32,000 nucleotides of DNA. Source: Breznakia sp. PF5-3 (GTDB lineage Bacteria > Bacillota_I > Bacilli_A > Erysipelotrichales > Erysipelotrichaceae). The notes beneath the pieces were generated by a model, which was given only the letters and a program-made list of their open reading frames with translations, ran no database searches and was not told the origin of the DNA. Below, one piece after another: positions 9,044 to 16,666 of this stretch (position 1 is its first letter; each line of letters opens with the position of its first letter). The position numbers were made by a program, and so were the translations under genes. The DNA is taken from assembly GCF_029504745.1 (NCBI RefSeq), contig NZ_JAQFIQ010000003.1:30001-62000 (forward strand), given 5' to 3'.

Positions 9044-9073
9044 AAAAAGGCCAAGCTATTTGCTGGCCTTTTT
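9044..9073. terminator. Bidirectional terminator (6S RNA on +, xpt on -)
   Basis: Stem ggccaagc (9049-9056) / gctggcc (9062-9068) with one bulge, an A-run on the left and a T-run on the right. The hairpin overlaps the last codons and stop of xpt. Confidence 0.65.
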
Positions 9074-9634
9074 GAATGTGATTTGATTGTTGTCTAAAGA
9101 TGCAATACTTGCTAAAGCATATAAATCATATCCTTGATTAATAATATATTTATGACCTTGTTGATAAGCTTTTTCAATGACAATACCAACGCCACATAAA
9201 TTTGCAGAAGTTTGATGAATAATTTCTTCTACACCTTTAAATGCTTCACCATTTGCTAAAAAATCATCAATAAATAATATGTTATCATTATCATCAATAT
9301 ATTGCTTGGATAGACAGACTGTATATGTTTTGTTCTTCGTGAAGGAATGAACATTGGCAAATAATGCATCTTTCATGGTAGAAGGGTTGGTTTTCTTAAT
9401 AAATATAACAGGAACTTGAAAACGATATCCACAGAATACAGCAGGAGCGATACCACTTGATTCAATGGTGATGATTTTAGTGATTTTGTATTTTTTAAAA
9501 TACTCATAAAATTCATCTCCAATTTGTTTCATTAGTGTTGGATCGATTTGATGATTTAAAAAACTGTCTACTTTTAAAACATCTTTGTTGATAATCACAC
9601 CTTCTGTTTTTATTTTATCAAGCAATTTTTTCAT
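9056..9634 (-). CDS. xpt: Xanthine phosphoribosyltransferase
   Basis: VLKVDSFLNHQIDP, TIESSGIAPA, LFIDDFLANGEA and GIVIEK closely resemble B. subtilis Xpt. Start is ATG 9634-9632 behind the RBS aaggagaa. The track start at 9718 is an extension into the upstream gene. Confidence 0.93.
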   Translation of the reverse strand: MKKLLDKIKTEGVIINKDVLKVDSFLNHQIDPTLMKQIGDEFYEYFKKYKITKIITIESSGIAPAVFCGYRFQVPVIFIKKTNPSTMKDALFANVHSFTKNKTYTVCLSKQYIDDNDNILFIDDFLANGEAFKGVEEIIHQTSANLCGVGIVIEKAYQQGHKYIINQGYDLYALASIASLDNNQITFKKASK

Positions 9635-9635
9635 A

Positions 9636-10358
9636 TTATTTCTCCTTCTTCCACAATTGAACAGTACCGTTGGATAACATGTTAAGTAAGTTGTTTTTTG
9701 CTTCTGGATAAGTATCATATAGCTGTTTTAGCAATTTTTTCATATCTTCACGTTTGCTATACCCATCTTGTGGACAAGTACTTTCAACAATAGGGATTTC
9801 ATTGGCTTTCACATTAGCTATAATATCCTTTTCATGTACATAGATAAGCGGTCTAATAAACGTTATATCATTATCTTCATAATGTATTTTAGGTTGAAAT
9901 GTGGACACCTTACCACTGTAAATTGCATTTAATAAAAAAGTTTCAACTGCATCATCTCCATGATGAGCAAATGCGATTTTATTGCAATGTTTTTCTTTTG
10001 CTACATTGACAATAGCCCCACGTTTTAAATTTGAACAACGACTGCAGTCCAAACGACCATCTGTTTTTTGATAATGTGTTAAAATTTCATATATAGGTAC
10101 ATCTTCTTCATGATAGGGAATAGAAGATGTAGTACAAAAGGCTTGAATGTCACTCATATCCATGTTGGGAAACCCCATTTTTAAATGGATAGCAAGAATT
10201 TGAAAGTGTTTATGGTCAAATTTTTGATATTCGTGAAGTGCTTTTAAAAGTACCATAGAATCTTTACCACCTGATACACCAATGGCGATGGTATCTCCAT
10301 TTTCAATCAAATGATAATCTTCATCAGCTTTGCGAATGTATTTTAAAATCTTTTTCAT
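9636..10358 (-). CDS. PP-loop ATP pyrophosphatase, TtcA-family tRNA thiolation-type enzyme
   Basis: PP-loop GVSGGKDS, CSRCSNLKRG, AHHGDDAVETFLLN and a C-terminal TCP motif. Start is ATG 10358-10356 behind the RBS caggag. Its stop lies 1 nt from the xpt ATG. Confidence 0.8.
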   Translation of the reverse strand: MKKILKYIRKADEDYHLIENGDTIAIGVSGGKDSMVLLKALHEYQKFDHKHFQILAIHLKMGFPNMDMSDIQAFCTTSSIPYHEEDVPIYEILTHYQKTDGRLDCSRCSNLKRGAIVNVAKEKHCNKIAFAHHGDDAVETFLLNAIYSGKVSTFQPKIHYEDNDITFIRPLIYVHEKDIIANVKANEIPIVESTCPQDGYSKREDMKKLLKQLYDTYPEAKNNLLNMLSNGTVQLWKKEK

Positions 10359-10376
10359 GTATTTCTCCTGTTCCAT

Positions 10377-10385
10377 ATTATAGCA
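10377..10385 (-). promoter_or_regulatory. Extended -10 promoter (TGcTATAAT on the minus strand) for the ttcA-like/xpt operon
   Basis: The reverse complement of attatagca is TGCTATAAT, about 19 nt upstream of the ATG. Confidence 0.45.
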
Positions 10386-10400
10386 TAGAGAATTAGAAAA

Positions 10401-10409
10401 TGTTATAAT
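10401..10409 (+). promoter_or_regulatory. Extended -10 promoter (TGtTATAAT) for truB-ribF
   Basis: TGtTATAAT lies 17 nt before ATG 10426, back-to-back with the minus-strand promoter. Confidence 0.4.
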
Positions 10410-10425
10410 ACAAAAGGTGATTACA

Positions 10426-11256
10426 ATGGATGGAATTATTGTTGTTAACAAACCTGCAGGAATGACAAGTCATGATGTTGTGTTTCGTTTACGGAAAATA
10501 TTAAAAACAAAGAAAATTGGACACACTGGAACCTTGGATCCTAATGCCACAGGGGTGCTTTTGGTATTGGTGGGAAAAGCAACTAAAATTTTACCTTTTA
10601 TAGAAGATGTAGATAAAGAATACATAGCAACTATGAAGCTAGGGATACAGACATTAAGTGATGATATATGGGATGAGGTGCTTGATAAAAAAGCAATTAT
10701 TCCAATTGAAGATTTTAAAACGGTTCTATCTTCATTTAAAGGAAAAATAAAACAAACTCCACCACGAATTTCAAGTATTAAGGTCAATGGTAAAAAGTTA
10801 TATGAATATACACGAAATGGAGAAGATGTAGAATTGCCAATTCGTGAGGTTGAGATATATGATATAGAATCATTGGATGATGAACAATTAAAATTTCGTA
10901 CGCATTGTAGCAGTGGAACATATATTCGCTCTTTGTGTGTAGATATTGCTAAGAAAACAAATAATTTAGGATGTATGTCTTCTTTGGTAAGAACAAAGGT
11001 TGGACGCTTTCATCTAAAGGAGGCACAAGAGCTAGAAACGCTTTCATTAGATAATGTGAACGTTCATTCGATTGATGAAATGTTGGATCATTTTGAAAAA
11101 ATTGAATATTCACCAATCACAGATGTACTCCATGGAAAAAAGATTCATTTAGATACCCAATCTAATCGGGTATGTATCACACACGAGCAAAAGTGCTATG
11201 CTATTTATGAACGTGTGAATGATATGGTGTTCAAGAGTGTAAGAGGTTTATGGTAA
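10426..11256 (+). CDS. truB: tRNA pseudouridine(55) synthase TruB
   Basis: GIIVVNKPAGMTSHDVV, the catalytic GHTGTLDP, and YIRSL. Start ATG 10426 is preferred, with RBS aaggtga. GTG 10417 is an alternative. Confidence 0.92.
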   Translation: MDGIIVVNKPAGMTSHDVVFRLRKILKTKKIGHTGTLDPNATGVLLVLVGKATKILPFIEDVDKEYIATMKLGIQTLSDDIWDEVLDKKAIIPIEDFKTVLSSFKGKIKQTPPRISSIKVNGKKLYEYTRNGEDVELPIREVEIYDIESLDDEQLKFRTHCSSGTYIRSLCVDIAKKTNNLGCMSSLVRTKVGRFHLKEAQELETLSLDNVNVHSIDEMLDHFEKIEYSPITDVLHGKKIHLDTQSNRVCITHEQKCYAIYERVNDMVFKSVRGLW

Positions 11257-12158
11257 TGGAAATAATCAATGTATATGCAAATCATAAAGAAATTGTAAAG
11301 GAACCATCAGTCGCATGTATAGGTTTTTTTGACGGTGTTCATAAAGGTCATCAATTATTGATTCATAAAACATTAGAAACAGCACGTGATAAAAAATTTT
11401 CATCAGCATGTATAACTTTTCATGAAGATCCATGGATAGTTTTAAAAAATGAGAAATATATCGAAAATGTGACGCCAGTTAAAAAGCGTTTGGAAAAAAT
11501 AAGTGCTTATGGCATTGAACGATGTTATTTGCTGCATTTTGATAAAACGATGGCATCTTTGACAAAAGAAGAATTTGTAGATTTGCTGAAAAGCCTTAAT
11601 ATTCAAACGATTATAGCAGGAGAAGATTTCCGTTATGCTAAGAAAAATTCTGGTGATATAACATATCTAACCCAACATTTAAACACAATTGTCTGCGATA
11701 CTGTACTCATCCATGGTCAAAAAATATCTACATCACGTATCGAAGAAGCAATTAAAGATGGCGATATGGAGTTTGCTAAAGAATGTTTAGGTGAAGATTA
11801 TACAATGGAAGGTATGGTTATACATGGTAGGCGAGTAGGGCATAAATTGGGTTATCCAACTGCGAATCTACAAATAGATGATAATTATGTTATTCCTAAA
11901 ATTGGGGTTTATAAAGGCTATGTGGAAGTAGATGGTAAAACGCATTTAGCTGTGATTAATGTAGGACATAACCCAACATTGAATTTTCGTAAAGATATTT
12001 CTATAGAAGCTAATATTTTAGATTTTGATCAAGATATCTATCATCACGAGATAAAAATTATATTTTCACAGTATCTTCGTGATGAATTGAAGTTTGGTTC
12101 TGTTGATGAATTAATTAAGCAATTAGCAAAAGATGTAAAACAAGTTAGGGGTCATTAA
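11256..12158 (+). CDS. ribF: Bifunctional riboflavin kinase / FMN adenylyltransferase
   Basis: GFFDGVHKGHQ and a riboflavin-kinase C-terminus (GRRVGHKLGYPTANL, NPT, E.N..DF). ATG 11256 overlaps the truB stop (TAATG) with RBS aagagg 9 nt upstream. ATG 11250 is an alternative. Confidence 0.92.
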   Translation: MEIINVYANHKEIVKEPSVACIGFFDGVHKGHQLLIHKTLETARDKKFSSACITFHEDPWIVLKNEKYIENVTPVKKRLEKISAYGIERCYLLHFDKTMASLTKEEFVDLLKSLNIQTIIAGEDFRYAKKNSGDITYLTQHLNTIVCDTVLIHGQKISTSRIEEAIKDGDMEFAKECLGEDYTMEGMVIHGRRVGHKLGYPTANLQIDDNYVIPKIGVYKGYVEVDGKTHLAVINVGHNPTLNFRKDISIEANILDFDQDIYHHEIKIIFSQYLRDELKFGSVDELIKQLAKDVKQVRGH

Positions 12159-12159
12159 T

Positions 12160-13524
12160 ATGAAATTAGAGTTATTTGATAAAATTGATGCGACGATTAC
12201 TTTGTTAGAAAGAAATAGAGAAGAATACCAGGTTATTAGAAAAGAATTAAAATATACACTCTTATCGATTTTAGATCGTGAAATCGCTATGGATATTACA
12301 ACAAGAATTAAAGAGAGTGATAGTTTAAAAGAAAAAATAATTCGAAATCAATACTATTTAAGATATGATACACCAGAAGATATTTTAGCTAATCTAAGTG
12401 ATTTAATTGGGTTAAAAATTGATTGTCGTTTCATAGATGAAGAATTTAAAGTGTATCGTGAATTAAAAGAATATTTTACAATTGAGAAAGAGGATGGATT
12501 TTCAACATGTGAAAAATTCCCTCATATTGCACTTGATATGGTTCCTCATCAACCCCAATCACAAAAGAATGGATTTGCGATTTATCGTATTGATGGATAT
12601 TATGATACAGGAACCCATAAGGTGAATTTCGAACTTCAAATTAAATCACTAGTAAATTCATTTTGGGGTGATATTGAACATAAGTTAGTGTATAAGAACA
12701 CAAACTATATGGCATATGATTATGTTATGAAAGATTTGTTATCTTCAATTAAGGCCAATTTAACAATCGTTGATCGACAATTACATATTATCCATGATGC
12801 AATGGGGAGCGATTATAATGTTTCAACAAGCTTTATGAATCGAATTTCGTTTGAGGATTTAATTTCTAAAGCGATTAATGATTTATGTGCTGAAAAACTG
12901 AGGAAAGCAATAGGTTTTTCTATTGATATCAGAGATACTTCAAATATTTTAGGCCAGTATATTTTTAAAAAGAATATCCAACATTCAAAAGATGATGCAC
13001 AAATTGTAAGTTTATTGCAATTGTTTAGTCGTTTGAATAACGAAGAAATTGATTTTGAACACTCTATTGAAATGGAGTCATGTTTTGTTAGTGAAGATCC
13101 ATTTCACGAAGTATTAGGAAACTATTTGTTAGGAAAAATGAATATTGATTATGAATGGTTTGTATTTTTTAGAATTTTGTTTGCAATTGAGCCAGGGAAT
13201 AATGCAGAAGATTTTAAATTATTCTTAAATGTTTTAAAAAGTTCATTTGTTAAAGAAGAAACATTTGAAAATAGATTTTCTAAACTTTCTTTAGAGGATG
13301 CTGAGCGTACAAGAAGTGATTGCTTAGAATTGTTTGCCCAAGGTTTGTGTATTTTAAATACAATTCGAATCGTTCATAATTCAAAAATGGAGGATTTAAA
13401 CAAATGTTTTTCTTCTTTCTTAGATGAGTTAGAAGAACGGGTAATCAGTTATAAGGATTTTGAACATTATCGTGATGGTTATCGTGATGAATTACATTCT
13501 ATGATTAAGGATATATTTTCATAA
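12160..13524 (+). CDS. RelA/SpoT-domain (alarmone-synthetase fold) protein with a long uncharacterised C-terminal region
   Basis: Ordered motifs TRIKESDSLKEKI, DLIGLKIDCRF, NGFAIYRIDG and FELQIKSLVNSFWGDIEHKLVYK (residues 48-179, nt about 12301-12696) match the RelA_SpoT nucleotidyltransferase pattern RxKxxxSxxxK / DxxGxR / GYxSxH / ExQxRT..W..H...YK. The substitutions are conservative. I recognise no motif in residues 190-454. The ATG is 1 nt after the ribF stop. Confidence 0.7.
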   Translation: MKLELFDKIDATITLLERNREEYQVIRKELKYTLLSILDREIAMDITTRIKESDSLKEKIIRNQYYLRYDTPEDILANLSDLIGLKIDCRFIDEEFKVYRELKEYFTIEKEDGFSTCEKFPHIALDMVPHQPQSQKNGFAIYRIDGYYDTGTHKVNFELQIKSLVNSFWGDIEHKLVYKNTNYMAYDYVMKDLLSSIKANLTIVDRQLHIIHDAMGSDYNVSTSFMNRISFEDLISKAINDLCAEKLRKAIGFSIDIRDTSNILGQYIFKKNIQHSKDDAQIVSLLQLFSRLNNEEIDFEHSIEMESCFVSEDPFHEVLGNYLLGKMNIDYEWFVFFRILFAIEPGNNAEDFKLFLNVLKSSFVKEETFENRFSKLSLEDAERTRSDCLELFAQGLCILNTIRIVHNSKMEDLNKCFSSFLDELEERVISYKDFEHYRDGYRDELHSMIKDIFS

Positions 13525-13529
13525 AATTA

Positions 13530-13538
13530 TGGTATAAT
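13530..13538 (+). promoter_or_regulatory. Extended -10 promoter (TGgTATAAT) upstream of the asp23-family gene
   Basis: TGgTATAAT lies 20 nt upstream of ATG 13559. Confidence 0.4.
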
Positions 13539-13558
13539 AAATAAGGATGGTGATAATA

Positions 13559-13888
13559 ATGGCACAAGAATATATAGCAATGAATACAAAAGAAAATGGT
13601 GTAGTAGCATTAAGTACAAATGTTTTTTCATCAATTGCACTTATTTGTGTAGAAGAAGATAAGCGTGTTGAACTTGCAGATTCTGCTCCGTTTAAAAACA
13701 GCATTGTTGCAAAGGTTGTAAATGACAGATTAAACATTTTAGTAAATATTAAGGTGAAGTACAATACAAATGTTCAGGAAGTCTGTGCTAGCTTGCAACA
13801 TAATATCTATGATAATATCAAACATATGTGTGATATTGAAGCAGATGAAATAGATATTAAGGTAAGTGGATTTGATTTTAAAGAATAG
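13559..13888 (+). CDS. Asp23/Gls24-family (alkaline shock) protein, YqhY-like
   Basis: The sequence has the Asp23-family pattern (GVVALSTNVFSSIALICVEE...; VNIKVKYNTNVQEVCASLQHNIYDNIKHMCDIEADEIDIKVSG). Its position directly upstream of nusB matches B. subtilis yqhY. Start ATG 13559 is preferred, with RBS ggatggtga. ATG 13547 is an alternative. Confidence 0.8.
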   Translation: MAQEYIAMNTKENGVVALSTNVFSSIALICVEEDKRVELADSAPFKNSIVAKVVNDRLNILVNIKVKYNTNVQEVCASLQHNIYDNIKHMCDIEADEIDIKVSGFDFKE

Positions 13889-13908
13889 GAAAAACTATTC
13901 TTTTTTTT
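13881..13908 (+). terminator. Rho-independent terminator after the asp23-family gene
   Basis: Stem aagaatag (13881-13888) / ctattctt (13895-13902), loop gaaaaa, then a T-run. The left arm overlaps the stop codon. Confidence 0.7.
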
Positions 13909-13977
13909 ACCAAAAAATGCATATTAATAATGTTACATTTGTGATAAAATACTTAATGTATGGATAAGGAGTTTTAT

Positions 13978-14355
13978 ATGAATCGTCATGAAACTAGAGA
14001 ACTTGCAATGACAAGTCTTTACCAAAGTTTCTTATTAGATAAAGATATTAAAAGAATACTTTTGGAAAATGAAAAAATAGGAAATGATATCAGTCCCTTT
14101 TTATATACAATTACGATTGATGCATCTAGTAATTTAGATGTTTATAAAGAACGCATTGATCGAGTATTAAAAGGAGATTGGACGTTTGAACGCTTGGGTT
14201 ATATTGAACAAGCAATTTTAACGATTGCATTATGTGAATTGGATTTTGAAACAGCACAGCGACAAATCGTTATTGATGAAGCTATTGTTTTAGCAAAGAA
14301 ATATTGTGATGATGATACATATAAGCTTATTAATGGAGTTTTAGATAAGTTATGA
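13978..14355 (+). CDS. nusB: Transcription antitermination factor NusB
   Basis: MNRHETRELAMTSLYQ N-terminus, a helical protein of about 125 aa ending in YKLINGVLDKL. Start is ATG 13978 behind the RBS aaggag. Confidence 0.9.
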   Translation: MNRHETRELAMTSLYQSFLLDKDIKRILLENEKIGNDISPFLYTITIDASSNLDVYKERIDRVLKGDWTFERLGYIEQAILTIALCELDFETAQRQIVIDEAIVLAKKYCDDDTYKLINGVLDKL

Positions 14356-15602
14356 GTGTAATCAGCGTTAGTTCACTTGTGCGCTATTTAAAGCAATCGG
14401 TTGAAAATGATATGCGTTTACGTTCATTGATGGTAAGTGGTGAAATTAGTAATTTCACTCATCATCGCAGTGGACATTTATATTTTTCATTAAAAGATAA
14501 TGATACGAAAATGAATTGTGTTATGTTTCGCACGAGTGCTTCAAAACTAAATTTAACATTACAAGAAGGAATGAAGGTTATTATTACTTGTAGTGTATCA
14601 ATGTATGAACCACAGGGAAGCATTCAATTATATGTTACAAAGATTCAAAGTGATGGCTTGGGTGATTTATATTTAGCTTTTGAAAAGTTGAAGAAAAAAT
14701 TGCATGAAGAAGGGTTGTTTGCAATTGAACAAAAAAAACAATTGCCTTCCTATCCAATGAATGTTGGTATTATCAGTGCAAAAACTGGGGCAGCAATTCA
14801 GGATGTTCTTTCTATATTTGAAAGGCGTTGGCCAATTGCGAAGTTGACTTTGTATCCAAGTCTGGTACAAGGAGAAAGTGCAGCTAAAGACTTGATTCGT
14901 AATTTGAAGATTGCTGATGTGCGCCATCATGATATCATTCTTTTGGTTCGCGGCGGTGGAAGTATGGAAGATTTATGGTGTTTTAACGATGAAATGTTAG
15001 CTCGCGAAATTTATGCAATGAAAACATGTGTAGTAAGTGGGGTTGGCCATGAGGTTGATACGACACTAGTTGACTATGTAAGCGATGCACGTGCTGCTAC
15101 ACCAAGTGCAGCGGCAGAACTTGTAACTCCTAATATAAAAGATGTGAGAGAACGTTTGAACTTACAGGGACGTAATTTGATATCAAGTATTACTAGTTTA
15201 TTAGAAGGCGAACGTTCACAGTTTATGTATTATAAAGAAAAACCTTTTTTTACACATCCAGATGGATTGTTTAAAGAGGAAAAAATGCATTTAAAAATGA
15301 TAGTTAATCGTTTGCGTCATAGTGAAGTTTATTTTCAAAGACAGCAACATCAATTAGAACAGATGAAACAACAGATGGTAACGATTACTACTAAATATAT
15401 TGATCAAAACAAAGAACGTTTACAACGAAATATTTCGTTGTTGGATGCATATAGCCCATTGCATATTTTAAAGCGTGGATATAGTATTACAAGTCATGAG
15501 AATGGACAAATTGTCCGTAGTAAAAATGATGTGAAAAAGACTGATTTAATAAAAATAAGACTTCAGGATGGTATCATTGATGCTGAAGTGAAGGGGGAGT
15601 AG
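14352..15602 (+). CDS. xseA: Exodeoxyribonuclease VII large subunit
   Basis: OB-fold N-terminus (VSGEISNF..H.SGHLYFSLKD), VRGGGS.EDLW.FNDE and a coiled-coil C-terminus. It overlaps nusB by 4 nt (ATGA). Confidence 0.93.
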   Translation: MSVISVSSLVRYLKQSVENDMRLRSLMVSGEISNFTHHRSGHLYFSLKDNDTKMNCVMFRTSASKLNLTLQEGMKVIITCSVSMYEPQGSIQLYVTKIQSDGLGDLYLAFEKLKKKLHEEGLFAIEQKKQLPSYPMNVGIISAKTGAAIQDVLSIFERRWPIAKLTLYPSLVQGESAAKDLIRNLKIADVRHHDIILLVRGGGSMEDLWCFNDEMLAREIYAMKTCVVSGVGHEVDTTLVDYVSDARAATPSAAAELVTPNIKDVRERLNLQGRNLISSITSLLEGERSQFMYYKEKPFFTHPDGLFKEEKMHLKMIVNRLRHSEVYFQRQQHQLEQMKQQMVTITTKYIDQNKERLQRNISLLDAYSPLHILKRGYSITSHENGQIVRSKNDVKKTDLIKIRLQDGIIDAEVKGE

Positions 15603-15605
15603 TTT

Positions 15606-15824
15606 ATGGAATCAAATAAGAGTTTTCGTGAATCAATGGATCGCTTGGATTATATTGTTTCACAGTTAGAACAAAACGATGTAGAATTAGAGGAAGCAAT
15701 TACATTGTTTGAAGAAGGTTTGCATTTAGTAAAAACTTGTGATTCACAGCTTAAAAAATTTGAAGAGCAAGTTACAACGCTGATGGAAACTTATGAGGGG
15801 GATACAGAACATGAAGAAAGTTAA
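15606..15824 (+). CDS. xseB: Exodeoxyribonuclease VII small subunit
   Basis: 72 aa, with SFRESMDRLDYIVSQLEQNDVELEEAITLFEEG typical of XseB. It lies directly after xseA. Confidence 0.92.
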   Translation: MESNKSFRESMDRLDYIVSQLEQNDVELEEAITLFEEGLHLVKTCDSQLKKFEEQVTTLMETYEGDTEHEES

Positions 15825-16656
15825 TATTGAAGAAAAACTTAGTACTAGTTTAGCTCACTTGCCTGAAGGAAAAGTAAAAGAAGCTGCACAATATGCTTTG
15901 ATGAGTGGTGGAAAAAGATTTCGTCCAAACTTATTGTTTGCAACTTTAGATGCTTATCGAATTTCACAAGATAAAGGAGTTAATGCTGCTATCGGAATTG
16001 AAATGATTCATACATATTCTTTAATTCATGATGATCTTCCAGCGATGGATAACGATACACTTCGTCGTGGCGTTCCAACATGTCATATAAAATATGGTGA
16101 AGATATTGCAATTTTGGCAGGAGATGCATTATTGAGTGAAGCTTTTCATTATGCAAATTGTGCTTGTGAAGGAGTACAAGCAAATCATTTAATGGTTGAA
16201 GAATTTGTTAAGGCATCAGGTTTAAGTGGTATGATCCATGGCCAGGAATTGGATATTGCGAATGTAAATCGTGATACTACACTTGATGAATTGAAAGAAA
16301 TCAACTTATATAAAACGTCTAAACTTATTGTCTTATCTTTTGTTGCTGCAAGTATTGTAGCTGATCATTATGGAGATAAAGACATTTGGTTAAAGGTTGG
16401 TAATAATGTTGGGTTGATATTTCAAATACAAGATGATTTGTTAGATATTCATGCAACAAGTGCTGAAATTGGAAAAGATCAAAACAGCGATGCAAAAAAT
16501 AATAAAGTTACATATGCTTCTTTATTGGGAAGTGAACGATGTAATGAAATTATTCAAGAATTATTAGAAGAGACCAAAAAGCTTCTTGATACGATGATGA
16601 TTGATAAGTTTCCGCTCATTGAAGAGTTAGAAGGGTTACTTGATCGGAAAAAATAA
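15811..16656 (+). CDS. ispA: Farnesyl diphosphate synthase (polyprenyl synthetase family)
   Basis: GGKRFRP, first Asp-rich motif LIHDDLPAMDNDTLRRG, second motif FQIQDDLLD. Start is ATG 15811 behind the RBS gaggggga, overlapping the end of xseB. Confidence 0.9.
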   Translation: MKKVNIEEKLSTSLAHLPEGKVKEAAQYALMSGGKRFRPNLLFATLDAYRISQDKGVNAAIGIEMIHTYSLIHDDLPAMDNDTLRRGVPTCHIKYGEDIAILAGDALLSEAFHYANCACEGVQANHLMVEEFVKASGLSGMIHGQELDIANVNRDTTLDELKEINLYKTSKLIVLSFVAASIVADHYGDKDIWLKVGNNVGLIFQIQDDLLDIHATSAEIGKDQNSDAKNNKVTYASLLGSERCNEIIQELLEETKKLLDTMMIDKFPLIEELEGLLDRKK

Positions 16657-16666
16657 GGAGTAGTTT

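Noticed and set aside
9635-9720. Expected guanine/purine riboswitch upstream of xpt
   Set aside because: The xpt ATG is 1 nt from the stop of the upstream PP-loop gene, so there is no non-coding space. The operon's own 5' UTR is only about a dozen nucleotides.
13519-13764. 81-aa minus-strand ORF overlapping the asp23-family gene
   Set aside because: It is antisense to a gene with clear family features and has no RBS and no partner or promoter context.
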